Below are positions 13,752-22,952 of a stretch of DNA of 27,219 bases, one piece after another. The number at the start of each line of letters is the position of its first letter. The stretch's first letter is position 1. The notes under the pieces are model-generated. The model was not told the DNA's origin. It saw only the letters and a list, made by a program, of their open reading frames with translations, and made no database searches. This DNA is from a virus (taxonomy: Duplodnaviria > Caudoviricetes), in IMG/VR virus record IMGVR_UViG_3300020045_005002, positions 1-27,219 of that record; one strand, written 5' to 3'. A program made the position numbers and the translations under genes.

Positions 13752-15082
13752 TCAATCGACAACTGGCGCACGGATATTTGCGTCAGCGTTCCCGCCGATA
13801 CGTTTAAACTGCCGCCGCTATTCTGATAGGCCTGCAACCGGATGATGTCGCCATTGGCCAATTCTTCCACCGTTGACAGGCTCATTTGCGTTGGCTGGCT
13901 AACCAGCGTTGGCATAGTGGCTTTCTTGATTGCCGTCCCGTTTTTGTTGATGTTTATGCGGGTAAATACCGTGTTGGTCGTGCCTGCCGCAAAGTCCTGC
14001 ATTTCAAGATTGGCAACAATCTCATACAGTCCCGGCGCGCTAATGACTATCTGGTCAGATGACCCCGAATGCAGGCCAGCAGGGTCAAGCGTTTCAGTTT
14101 CCCAAGTGATATTTGTGTCGGTGTTATGGGCAACCGCCTGCGTCCCGCTTTTAGTCAGAACGCATATTGATGGCGTCTGGTAGTCCATGAAGCGGCTTGT
14201 GGTGTAATCAATGGTGTAGCCGAGGCCGACAATGCGCGTTTCCTTGCCAATCTCGCCAGTGCTAGACCCGTCAATCTGGAATGCGTTTGTGGTATTCGCC
14301 TCAAACCAGTTGCAGCCGCGCAGGTTCAAAAGCCGAACGCTGTTTGCAAAGAAGCCTACAGAGTTATATTCGAAGGCGTTGTTGTCCAGCGTAACACCAT
14401 ACATTTCGTCAAAATAACAACCAAATGTGCAAAAATCGAACCAGCAGCTTTGAATAAGCGCAAAGTTCGAAAACGCAGGGCTGACCGATATTGACCGGAC
14501 ACCCTCTTGACACAGGGTAAAGTGGCAACGCTGGATTAGCGCACCGCTAGATGCGGTGATGTCGATACCGACGCGGTAATCCTGAAAATAACACCCACGC
14601 ACCCAGCCTTGCGACATAATGGATTGAATGGCGATGGCATTGACGTTTGAAAGGCCGGGGCCGACAAAGCGGATATTCTCGACGCGTAGGTTGCCTGTGC
14701 TGTCGTCAAACACAATTCCGTCATGGGTTGATGTGATTATAGTATTGGCGCTCCCAACGATCAGAACTGGCTTCCATGTCGCCAGCGGAATAGTCAGGGC
14801 AGCGTTGACCTTGTAATTGCCATCCGGCAGAAATACGCAACCGCCATTAGCTCCAAGGCTGTCAATGGCGTCCTGAATGGCTGCAACCTCAATAGCTACA
14901 CCGTCGCCCACCGCGCCTTTATCCTTTACGTTCACCCATTGCTGGTTTGCGAACGTGCGGATGTCAGCCATTAGCTGCTGAATGGCATCATTGACCTTGT
15001 TGCGCTCCATGCCGGGTCCGATTGGGATGGCTCCAAGCACAGTGTTGGACGCCGCCGAAGTGGAATAGTCTGTAATGGGCAT
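13748..15082 (-). CDS. Tailspike / receptor-binding protein with pectate-lyase-like beta-helix and C1q-like C-terminal domain
   Basis: 'VNVKDKGAVGDGV...AIQDAID...VFLPDGNY' beta-helix start; C-terminal 'PGLYEIVA...ELANGDIIRLQAYQ'. Confidence 0.85.
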   Translation of the reverse strand: MPITDYSTSAASNTVLGAIPIGPGMERNKVNDAIQQLMADIRTFANQQWVNVKDKGAVGDGVAIEVAAIQDAIDSLGANGGCVFLPDGNYKVNAALTIPLATWKPVLIVGSANTIITSTHDGIVFDDSTGNLRVENIRFVGPGLSNVNAIAIQSIMSQGWVRGCYFQDYRVGIDITASSGALIQRCHFTLCQEGVRSISVSPAFSNFALIQSCWFDFCTFGCYFDEMYGVTLDNNAFEYNSVGFFANSVRLLNLRGCNWFEANTTNAFQIDGSSTGEIGKETRIVGLGYTIDYTTSRFMDYQTPSICVLTKSGTQAVAHNTDTNITWETETLDPAGLHSGSSDQIVISAPGLYEIVANLEMQDFAAGTTNTVFTRININKNGTAIKKATMPTLVSQPTQMSLSTVEELANGDIIRLQAYQNSGGSLNVSAGTLTQISVRQLSID

Positions 15083-15097
15083 TGCGTTTCCTCAACG

Positions 15098-15120
15098 AAA
15101 AAACCCCGCCAAAGGCAGGG
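15098..15120 (-). terminator. Rho-independent terminator between ejection genes and tailspike
   Basis: Minus strand CCCTGCC-TTT-GGCGGGG-TTTTTT. Confidence 0.75.
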
Positions 15121-15157
15121 CTTGGGGTTGCTTCGATTTTGTGTTATTCAGGCGGCT

Positions 15158-15325
15158 ATGGATTTATTTGCCGCGATGGTAGCAAAGGGCCTTATTGGCG
15201 TTGCTTGGGGTGCTTGGGCCGAATGGCGCGATTCCAGAAAGGAATCAGTTCTCGATGAGCAAGGGGGCAGTTACCATGCCAGCCAGCCCCTTCTGCGCCT
15301 CCCGCCGCCCGAAGATACCCCCTAG
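15158..15325 (+). CDS. Small antisense (moron-like) putative membrane protein
   Basis: MDLFAAMVAKGLIGVAWGAWAEWRDSRK...; AT-rich TGTTATTCA -10-like box shortly upstream; overlaps the 3' end of the 817-aa gene. Confidence 0.4.
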   Translation: MDLFAAMVAKGLIGVAWGAWAEWRDSRKESVLDEQGGSYHASQPLLRLPPPEDTP

Positions 15326-17698
15326 CCGCTTGATAGCCTTGGGGCGCTTTGTTAGGGCTTTTTGAGCGGCCTTCTGGCCTGTTTTGGTAGAAAGGGCGGC
15401 GAGGGCGGCAAGAGTGCCCGTCAATCCTGGGTTGTCAGCGAAATACTCAGCGCCGATAGCCGAACCACCAAGAGCGGTCGGCAGGGCAAGCGCTGCAAAG
15501 CCCCTGTCAGCACTCCCACTATTAGGAACCGTGGGCGGCAAAACTTCCTGACCATAGCGGATTAGGTCGGTCAGATTATCCCCGCGAGCAGCCGCAGCCC
15601 GGCCACCAAAATTCTTTGTATTGTTAGTGATAGCGCGGGCAAGCTGTGCGGGAGTGATGGCTTCCTGATTAACGCCACTTATGCGCGCATTTTCAAACGG
15701 GGCAAGGCGCTGGAAAGCACCTTTTGCAGCGTTGTAAGCGGGCATGGTGTCGGGTGATTGGCGGGAAACAAGGCCGGTTAGCGCATCGTCCATCTGACTA
15801 GTTGCGTCTGCGGCATAGCCAGCCATTGCGTCTGTGTTCTTTGTGAAGCCAGAGCGTATCTTGCCAAGCGATTGCAGCGCGCTTTGCAGTTGCGGGCCTG
15901 ATAGCTGGCCAGTCTGCCCGAATACAGGGCCGACCTCTTGATTCATCATATAGGTGAAGTCTTCGCCATACTTGGGAACGGCAGCGCCCGCCTGCATAGC
16001 TGCTTGCGCATCAGTCATAAACTGCGCGTCAGGTCGGACATTGACACCAGATAAAGCATCGCCATAGGCTTGTGAGACTGCTCCTTGAGCCTGTTCAAGC
16101 CCTTCAGTGCCGCCCGTAGTCACGCGCCCGCCAATTGGCGAAACAACGTCATTCAGGGCTTCGCGTTCAAATGCTTTCAGGCCATCCATGCGGTTGCGGG
16201 CAAGCATATCACCAAGGACAGGGACGCTTTCCGCCTTGTTAGCCAATCGGCCCATAATGCCGCGATTGCCAAGGGTCTGCCCAATGGTGAGTGGTATGCC
16301 CCTGTCAGTCAAATACTGCACAGCAGGGTCAGAAACGCCCTGAAACGTCTTTTGCAGCCCCTTGCCGACTAGCTGACCAGCACCAGAGCCTATCGCCGCC
16401 GTTGCAGCACCTGTCAGCGGGTCGCCCTCCGTCACAGCGCCATAGCCAGCACCGTAAACAGCGTCAGGGGCTATTGCGCGGGTTGCATTGCCCAAACGGC
16501 CGCCGCCAGTCAAAGCGCGTGGAGCGAGGCTGCGGGCAAGCGAATTGCCGACTGCACCGATGCCTGAAGTTGCCGTAATAATCCCGCCCACATCGCCCGC
16601 AAAGGCCGACATGGGGTTCTTGTCGCGCAAGGCTTCAAATGCTTGTGGGTTAAGCGCCTGCGGAATACCAAAGCCACCCGCATTGAGATATGTAGCGGCA
16701 GCCGTTCCCGGCGCGGTCTGCAATGCGGCATTAAGCGTCGGGTTTTCAATCGGCAAAACACGTTCGGCGCGGCCAACGCTTTTGTCGTAGTTCGGGTTTT
16801 TGCGCAGATAATCTTGTGCCGCTGCCACATCGCTGGGGCCGACAGGATTAAAGCCAAGCGGGCTTAGAACAGCGTTAATTTCTTCCGCGCTCTTGCCCTG
16901 CCTAATCATGCGGTCAATGATGCCGGAGGCTACAGGGTCAACCTCGCGTCGCGTTTCTCCTGTTGCAAGTTGCTGCTGAACAGGCTGCGCTTGTCCGACA
17001 GGAACAACATTGCCACTAGCGTCCGGACGACCTCCGAGAACTGAAACAGACTTTCCCTCAGCCAGCGCCGCCAATTCTTCAAGTGCGTTAATCTTGTCAA
17101 GAATTGAGCTGTCATAATCAGATGCAGAAGGCAGATACGGATCGTAAAGCGCGGTGCTTTCTGCGACCGTGTTGCCTTCGCCGCCCGTGAACCCAAGGCT
17201 GCGCTTTACATAGCCGCGAGCGCGTTGAGCTGCGCTGTCAAAACCGCGATTGGTTGCGGTCGGTAAGAAGTCCCGAATTGCAGCCACGCCCTGCGTTGCG
17301 CCGGGGCCTTGTTCAAAGCGTTGGCGCAGTTCTTTGGCAATATTGCGCAGCGCAGCAGCGTCGTTAAAGCCCTGAATTGCATCGGTGCGCTGTGCCGCCG
17401 TGGTTTTATTGCCAGTGCCTGGGCCTGCAACGCCGGGGATAAGTTCTGCCGTGCCATCGGGGCGCATACGGTATCCGGTCGGCAAGTTCGGCTTGTCGCC
17501 CTTTTGTAGCTCGCCGATTGCTTTTTGAATCTGTACCTGTGTTAGCTGGTTTTTCAGTTCATCGCCGCGCTGTTCAACGGGGTTAGCCTGCTTTGTAATC
17601 AGCGTGTTTGAAGCGCCTTGTTTGCCAATAAAGCGCACGGGATTGCCCTGTGCATCGACTTCCCAAATGTTGCCAGCTTCATCGACTGCTTGCGCCAT
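15245..17698 (-). CDS. Large internal virion / DNA ejection protein
   Basis: 817 aa, Ala/Gly/Gln-rich with hydrophobic patches; last of the ejection-gene block as in P22/T7-type podoviruses. Confidence 0.75.
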   Translation of the reverse strand: MAQAVDEAGNIWEVDAQGNPVRFIGKQGASNTLITKQANPVEQRGDELKNQLTQVQIQKAIGELQKGDKPNLPTGYRMRPDGTAELIPGVAGPGTGNKTTAAQRTDAIQGFNDAAALRNIAKELRQRFEQGPGATQGVAAIRDFLPTATNRGFDSAAQRARGYVKRSLGFTGGEGNTVAESTALYDPYLPSASDYDSSILDKINALEELAALAEGKSVSVLGGRPDASGNVVPVGQAQPVQQQLATGETRREVDPVASGIIDRMIRQGKSAEEINAVLSPLGFNPVGPSDVAAAQDYLRKNPNYDKSVGRAERVLPIENPTLNAALQTAPGTAAATYLNAGGFGIPQALNPQAFEALRDKNPMSAFAGDVGGIITATSGIGAVGNSLARSLAPRALTGGGRLGNATRAIAPDAVYGAGYGAVTEGDPLTGAATAAIGSGAGQLVGKGLQKTFQGVSDPAVQYLTDRGIPLTIGQTLGNRGIMGRLANKAESVPVLGDMLARNRMDGLKAFEREALNDVVSPIGGRVTTGGTEGLEQAQGAVSQAYGDALSGVNVRPDAQFMTDAQAAMQAGAAVPKYGEDFTYMMNQEVGPVFGQTGQLSGPQLQSALQSLGKIRSGFTKNTDAMAGYAADATSQMDDALTGLVSRQSPDTMPAYNAAKGAFQRLAPFENARISGVNQEAITPAQLARAITNNTKNFGGRAAAARGDNLTDLIRYGQEVLPPTVPNSGSADRGFAALALPTALGGSAIGAEYFADNPGLTGTLAALAALSTKTGQKAAQKALTKRPKAIKRLGGIFGRREAQKGLAGMVTAPLLIEN

Positions 17699-18042
17699 TA
17701 TTTATACCTTCCGCGAGAATTTGAAACATCGGGAGCCTTCCCCCATCCGGGGAACGTCGCGTGAATTGCGTTTCCGTTTGACAGGATGACTTTGGCACCC
17801 GGATATTGACGCTTTACCATTTCTACGGCCTGCGCCTTGGTCATGCCTCTCGGCACCGCAAAGTCGATTGCGTCGCCGCGCGTGTGTGCGCTATTCTTTG
17901 TGGTAGTCAGCCCTTGGCGAATTAGCGCCTCTTGGTGCGCTTGTGTCCTGAAGCCGCTTGTCGGTGTAAGGCCAGCGCCTTTAAGCGCAGAAAGTGGGTT
18001 AAAGTCAGGGGCGTTGAAACCCGCCAGTGACGTTGCCGCCAC
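17698..18042 (-). CDS. Peptidase M15-like (LAS family) peptidoglycan hydrolase domain; start doubtful, possibly reached by +1 frameshift
   Basis: 'TSGFRT...NSAHTRGDAIDF...AIH' = SxHxxGxAxD...H Zn motif; TAATG-coupled to the downstream gene. Confidence 0.75.
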   Translation of the reverse strand: MAATSLAGFNAPDFNPLSALKGAGLTPTSGFRTQAHQEALIRQGLTTTKNSAHTRGDAIDFAVPRGMTKAQAVEMVKRQYPGAKVILSNGNAIHATFPGWGKAPDVSNSRGRYK

Positions 18043-18601
18043 TGCCTCCCAATGGCCGGAGTTTACCTACTGGCGCAGTTGGCACTTCAGCCCCCTGCAT
18101 CTGGCCGGGGCGGATAAACTGAATGCCGCTATTGCCCTGCGCGTCGGTGAACGGAACGCCTTGCACCGGATTGGCGCGATTGCGGGCATAGTCCTGCAAC
18201 AACTTCTGTTGTTCTGGTTCCGGCAATCCAGAAGCGCGCACGATCCGTTCATATTCGGTCGGCTGCGGCGTTTCCTTAGGCTTGTTCTGCCATTCCCATT
18301 GCTTGTCTTCGCGTTCTGCAATGCGCTTTTGCTCGAACATGCGGGCGCGTTCTTCGGCATCGCGCTGCTGTAGGACGTTCGGCAAGTAAACGGGGTCCAT
18401 ACCCGACTGCTGCAAGAGGAAATCGCCAATCGTGCCTGCAATTGCACGGCCTGCACCACCCTGTCCAAAGAAGCCCGGCTTCTTGGTGATTTGGCCAACG
18501 CCGATTGGCATTGCGTTCGGTGTTTCCTGTGGCATCGCTTGCGGAATATCCATAGGATTGCGACGGCCAAAGATGCCTTGCCGCTGGAAAGATAGTGCCA
18601 T
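18005..18601 (-). CDS. Internal virion / ejection protein
   Basis: Start MALSFQR after GGGGGA; Gln/Pro/Gly-rich; position in ejection block. Confidence 0.75.
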   Translation of the reverse strand: MALSFQRQGIFGRRNPMDIPQAMPQETPNAMPIGVGQITKKPGFFGQGGAGRAIAGTIGDFLLQQSGMDPVYLPNVLQQRDAEERARMFEQKRIAEREDKQWEWQNKPKETPQPTEYERIVRASGLPEPEQQKLLQDYARNRANPVQGVPFTDAQGNSGIQFIRPGQMQGAEVPTAPVGKLRPLGGSGGNVTGGFQRP

Positions 18602-18611
18602 TCCGATCCCC

Positions 18612-19256
18612 CTAAATCTTGAAGCCGCCGGTCGCCCAACCGGACAAGCCAGCACCAGCCAAGCCGCCAAGCATCTGCCCTACACCGCCGCTCTGTTTGG
18701 TCGTGGTTGTGCCATAGCCACCGGAGGCATTGCGGACATTGCCGTTCAATGCACCGACGCCAATCCAAGGCAATTCCGCCGCATTATTAAGCAATCCTTG
18801 GCTGCCGCCCATAAGCTGCTGAGCTTGGCCTACAGCGTCATTCTGATAGCCGCGCTCCATTGCGTAATTCTGGAAACGAGCATTGTTTTCAGCGTTGGCA
18901 AGCTGGCGGGTTAGTTCACCCATGCCATAAGCTGAGCCATAGCGACCGGCACTTGAATAGCGTGAAAGAACGTCATTCGACACATTCTCTTTGGTCTGGT
19001 CAATCTGGCTGTCCAGATACGGGTTGCCCTGAAGGTAGCGGCCTGAAAGCGTGTCGTTCACAAGCCCTTGCGCGCCCATAATGCCTTGCTCGGCACCGGG
19101 AGCCAGTCGGCCATAGGTGTCCATCTGCATGCCGGCATATTTGTTTAGTGTCGGCTGTTGCTGGTCAAAGACGGCGCTCGACTGCTCTAGGCCCTTTAGG
19201 ATGTAAGGCTGCGCTGGTGCCCACGGGTCGTTTTTCTGAACCGTTTTCTTTTTCAT
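18612..19256 (-). CDS. DNA transfer / pilot protein (P22 gp7-like position)
   Basis: 'PWAPAQPYI...NPYL...AGRYGS' and glycine-zipper C-terminus; ATGA-coupled. Confidence 0.7.
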   Translation of the reverse strand: MKKKTVQKNDPWAPAQPYILKGLEQSSAVFDQQQPTLNKYAGMQMDTYGRLAPGAEQGIMGAQGLVNDTLSGRYLQGNPYLDSQIDQTKENVSNDVLSRYSSAGRYGSAYGMGELTRQLANAENNARFQNYAMERGYQNDAVGQAQQLMGGSQGLLNNAAELPWIGVGALNGNVRNASGGYGTTTTKQSGGVGQMLGGLAGAGLSGWATGGFKI

Positions 19257-19630
19257 GCTCGAATGTCCTTTACCAAATCTTCCCCGACCTTGACCCAATT
19301 CCACTTGGCAAGATGCCTGTCCCAACCCTTGCGGCCCGTCAGCCGCATCCACATCATGCCGCTATCCCGTGCGGCCCGTTCTATGATCGCAAGAAACCTG
19401 TCAGACGCATTCACAACGCGCCCGCCGCACAGCCACAATTCCAAGGTGTCGCCATCCCTGCGGCTCACCAGTGCGGCTTCGTCACTCATCCATAATTGCG
19501 CATGGCCGCTATCAATTAGCCTTGCGCATTCATCCCAAGTGTAGCCTCCGCGTCTTAGGGCGGGTGCGAGATACTCCATTGCCTTGTTCAGTTGCGCCGC
19601 TGCTGGTGACGGCACATAACCGAACCTCAT
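19253..19630 (-). CDS. GNAT-like / P22 gp14-like virion assembly protein
   Basis: 'LWLCGG...IERAARDSG...LTGRKGWDR' pattern; located between tail and ejection genes. Confidence 0.65.
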   Translation of the reverse strand: MRFGYVPSPAAAQLNKAMEYLAPALRRGGYTWDECARLIDSGHAQLWMSDEAALVSRRDGDTLELWLCGGRVVNASDRFLAIIERAARDSGMMWMRLTGRKGWDRHLAKWNWVKVGEDLVKDIRA

Positions 19631-20097
19631 ACCTCGAAGTCGCCTGTCACGCGCTGCGGACGTCCGCCAGAAGGCACGTTGCCTCCTGTTGTGCCGCCCG
19701 TCTGGCCGGACTCTGTTGGCGTTGTAACTGTGCCGCCCGTTGTAACCGTGCCGCTTTGGTCGGTTTCCTGTGTGACCGTCAAAGCAGGCATTGCAATAAA
19801 GTCGTTGGAGTAATCAGGCAGAGCAAAGGTTGTCACCCCATCACCGCCGAACGTGTCGCCCAGGTAACCGCCAAGCTGCGGGAAGTCGGATATATTCAAG
19901 ACCGAGCCATCACAAAGCAGATGGAATGGCACCGCGTCCTGCGTCGGACGAAAGAGCAAATCGCCTACGTTAAAAAACCCTTGTTGGATTGCCTTAAAGG
20001 CGTTCACTGTCCTGCGCTGGAAGTCATAACCATCAGTCGGCACGACAACCGCATAGGTCGTCTTCGTGCAGATGAAGGCATAAACGGGGGTCGTCAC
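19627..20097 (-). CDS. Phage tail collar domain protein
   Basis: 'LLCDGSVLNISDFPQL...GDTFGGDGVTTFALPD' collar signature. Confidence 0.85.
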   Translation of the reverse strand: MTTPVYAFICTKTTYAVVVPTDGYDFQRRTVNAFKAIQQGFFNVGDLLFRPTQDAVPFHLLCDGSVLNISDFPQLGGYLGDTFGGDGVTTFALPDYSNDFIAMPALTVTQETDQSGTVTTGGTVTTPTESGQTGGTTGGNVPSGGRPQRVTGDFEV

Positions 20098-21518
20098 CGC
20101 CCTGCCCCCGGTTCGCCTACATAATTAATGCTCTTGGCGTAACTCCATGTCGTTCCCGCCGCGATTTGGAACGTGGGCCGGATGAACCTTGCGCTAAACC
20201 TTAGCGGCATATCGCCGGAAGTTGTCAGACTGCTGAAGGCTGTTGAACTCCCTGCGTCCCCCAAGCGCTGTTTGCCCAACAGCGTCAGCGTCAAATTGCT
20301 GGTTGCGTCACAGTCAGGCCGCGCGTTGCGTAGCATTGCCCGCTGTCCTGAAAACAATTCCAAATCAATGCCGGTGAACTTTGCAGCCATCGGCGTTCCG
20401 TCAAAATTGCCTAATTCTCGGGCGGAATTGAACACATAAAGCAGCGGGTCGCCGCCACGGAAAACAGGGTCATCCAATGTCGGAAGCCCCACGCCGTCAA
20501 TGTCGGTGTCATCCGGCATGTCAGGGGTGTAATCTTCATCAATCGAAACAGCTTTTGTAACGCCCGAAAAGATAATGGACGAAACCACGGGGATGACAGT
20601 CCACTTGCCAAAATCCCAATGGTAACTGATAATCTTGTCACCCATCGACCACTTGACCACGCGGTTAACAGGGTCAATCGCCGCCGACATATTGGGCCAG
20701 TCGGACACATCATATTGCGCCGCGAACCAGCGGTCGATTTTCTCTTGCCCGATAGGGATGGCTTGACTGCCATCCCACATCATAAAGCCATTATCCGACA
20801 GGAAGAAGGCTATCCGGCCCCATTGCGCGACCGAATGAGGTGTAACGCAGCCGGTATTGGTCGAAACCACATTGAACTCGAAAATGATATTCCCGCCGAC
20901 ATAATCCATCCGGCGAATGCAGTTCCTTTGCAGGATAATCCCGTATTCACCAGAAAGAATGCCGTTAATCCGACCGCCATCGGGCAATATGTTCAAGTCA
21001 GCTTGGCGCTGGCCTACAGCCCACCATTCCGCATCGTTAATACCAGACCAGCCAAGGTGCATAATCTGGCTATTGCGGACGCCGCCAACCAGAAAATCCT
21101 TTACTACAGCAAGCGTCTCGAACCTTGGCGGGCTTCCACCGAGATTTGACACTGTGTCGGTTGTCAGGTCAATTTTGACCATCGGGTCGGTTCCATTTGT
21201 GGCAATGGCCAACCCGCCAAACTGTGCGAACCTCCAGCGGGCCTCTCCCGTCAAGCTATAGCCCGCCCCTATTGACGTCCACGCGCCAGAAAAGGCTTTG
21301 TAAAGGTTAGTCGATGTTCCCGCTATGATTGTGGACAGGCCAGCGGGGCTTGTAAACGTAGCGCCGCCCCTAGGCGTTGCTGCGATGGCATCAAACAGCT
21401 TTGTGAACTGTCCAACAGGGCGATAGCCGTCTTCCAACGGATAAACGCCCTCGCATTCAGTGAGGATATTCGGATTGCCGGACTTCGCCTTATCGGGGGC
21501 GAACTCTCCAAAAATCAT
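20094..21518 (-). CDS. Tail nozzle / stabilisation protein (P22 gp10 / tubular protein B-like)
   Basis: ~474-aa beta-rich protein after the adaptor; 'FGEFAPD', 'WRFAQFG', 'PIGQEKIDRWF'. Confidence 0.75.
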   Translation of the reverse strand: MIFGEFAPDKAKSGNPNILTECEGVYPLEDGYRPVGQFTKLFDAIAATPRGGATFTSPAGLSTIIAGTSTNLYKAFSGAWTSIGAGYSLTGEARWRFAQFGGLAIATNGTDPMVKIDLTTDTVSNLGGSPPRFETLAVVKDFLVGGVRNSQIMHLGWSGINDAEWWAVGQRQADLNILPDGGRINGILSGEYGIILQRNCIRRMDYVGGNIIFEFNVVSTNTGCVTPHSVAQWGRIAFFLSDNGFMMWDGSQAIPIGQEKIDRWFAAQYDVSDWPNMSAAIDPVNRVVKWSMGDKIISYHWDFGKWTVIPVVSSIIFSGVTKAVSIDEDYTPDMPDDTDIDGVGLPTLDDPVFRGGDPLLYVFNSARELGNFDGTPMAAKFTGIDLELFSGQRAMLRNARPDCDATSNLTLTLLGKQRLGDAGSSTAFSSLTTSGDMPLRFSARFIRPTFQIAAGTTWSYAKSINYVGEPGAGR

Positions 21519-22144
21519 ATGCCCCAACCCACAATGGGTGAACGCAGGCGAATGGGCATTGAATAGCGGTAACGGTTGCCCGCATCCACCAACTCGGCAA
21601 TCGCCTCATCCATTGCGTTCTTCCACATTGGAAGCCGCGCATCATTCCATAGAAACGCCTCAGCGGCCAGCAATGTGCCATAGATGTAAATATCAGGATG
21701 CTTTTCCAGCAGCCAGTTGGACGCCGTTCCAGCGTTCAAAGGCGGGATGCCTGCAACATAGCTAATCTTGACCGTGTAAGTCGTGTCAGGTGACGGCCCA
21801 AAGACGAACTGGCCATCTTCAATGGCAAACGCCCTTGGCTTGCCTGTGGTCTGGTCGGCATATTCCGAACGCAGCACTGAAGGCGATACTTGCATCAAGG
21901 GCTGGCGCGGGTCGGTCGTCAGATGCACCGAGCGAAGCTGCCAGAAGTCTGTGGGAAGACCCAAAGCCTCGCCGGACAGTGACGCCGTTGCGGTCGATTC
22001 CCGCTCAGGCGTCACGATAATCCGGTTGAACTTGCGTTCGGCAAGCGCAATGAACTCCGGAATTTTGGAAGTCAAATCGCTACGGTTCAACCATTCGGCA
22101 ACCGATGCTTTCAATTCTGTCCAGTTTTCCGGATCCTCAGCCAT
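21515..22144 (-). CDS. Head-tail adaptor (tubular protein A / gp4-like)
   Basis: 'ELKASVAEWLNRSDLT..IPEFIALAE...LPTDF...NWLLEKHPDIYIYG.L'. Confidence 0.85.
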   Translation of the reverse strand: MAEDPENWTELKASVAEWLNRSDLTSKIPEFIALAERKFNRIIVTPERESTATASLSGEALGLPTDFWQLRSVHLTTDPRQPLMQVSPSVLRSEYADQTTGKPRAFAIEDGQFVFGPSPDTTYTVKISYVAGIPPLNAGTASNWLLEKHPDIYIYGTLLAAEAFLWNDARLPMWKNAMDEAIAELVDAGNRYRYSMPIRLRSPIVGWGI

Positions 22145-22941
22145 TATGCCGTCTCCAATGTTTCCAGACGCTCGATTGCAGGCTCATAACGCTTGGCGCG
22201 CTTTTCACCGTGGGCAATCCAGTCCTGTTCCTGTTTGACCGCGTGGTGATTGGTCAGAACAATCTTGTGAATGTGGCCGACTTCCCACGATACGCCGTGG
22301 TCAAGGTAGATAGGGACGCCCGCCGCCTTCAGTTTCTTGAAGAAATAAACGTCTTCGCCAATCATCCCTTGGAAGTTGTCGGTCGGTGTGAACATGAACA
22401 GCGGCATGAAGGTGTCTTTGCCTTCTTCCTCCGCCTTGACCTGAAGCGCATCAAAGCAGTCCATGCGGATAAGGCACAGGCCCAGGCCCATATGGTCAAC
22501 TTCTTCAAGCAGATTATCGTGCCATTTTTCCATCGTGGTATAGCAAAGGTTTTTGTGGTCTTCGCCGTCATCATCGGTGACAATCTTTGCAGCGGTCGGG
22601 GCGGTAGGAGTGCCCCTGCGCGCATAGTTGCAACCAACAACAGCCACATTGCGCGCCCATAGACGGCAAATCGTGTCAGGCGGAAAAACATGGTCGGCAT
22701 CGGCCCACAGCATGTAATCAGCGCCCCAATTCAACGCTTCAGCAACAAGCATGTGACGGCTCTCGGTCAGCATTGAATTGCTAACGACAAACCATTCAAC
22801 CTCTTTTTCGTATTCTTCGCCTTCCGAGTTGGTCAGCTTGGCTTCGTAAAAATGCTTGATGGCGCATTGCAGGCTTTTCGAGAACATCAGTTCCGGATTG
22901 CCGTAACAAGGCGTGCAAATGGCTATTTTCAGACTTGGCAT
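22144..22941 (-). CDS. GT-A fold (GT2-like) glycosyltransferase
   Basis: 'IAICTPCY...R...ADYMLWADADHVF (DxD)...GLGLCLI...GEDVYF...GHI'. Confidence 0.8.
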   Translation of the reverse strand: MPSLKIAICTPCYGNPELMFSKSLQCAIKHFYEAKLTNSEGEEYEKEVEWFVVSNSMLTESRHMLVAEALNWGADYMLWADADHVFPPDTICRLWARNVAVVGCNYARRGTPTAPTAAKIVTDDDGEDHKNLCYTTMEKWHDNLLEEVDHMGLGLCLIRMDCFDALQVKAEEEGKDTFMPLFMFTPTDNFQGMIGEDVYFFKKLKAAGVPIYLDHGVSWEVGHIHKIVLTNHHAVKQEQDWIAHGEKRAKRYEPAIERLETLETA

Positions 22942-22952
22942 AAAAATCCCTC

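Noticed and set aside
18067-18768. 233-aa alternate-frame ORF overlapping the ejection genes
   Set aside because: Arg/Cys/Ser-rich shadow frame; it stops at 18067, so it cannot supply a start for the M15 peptidase
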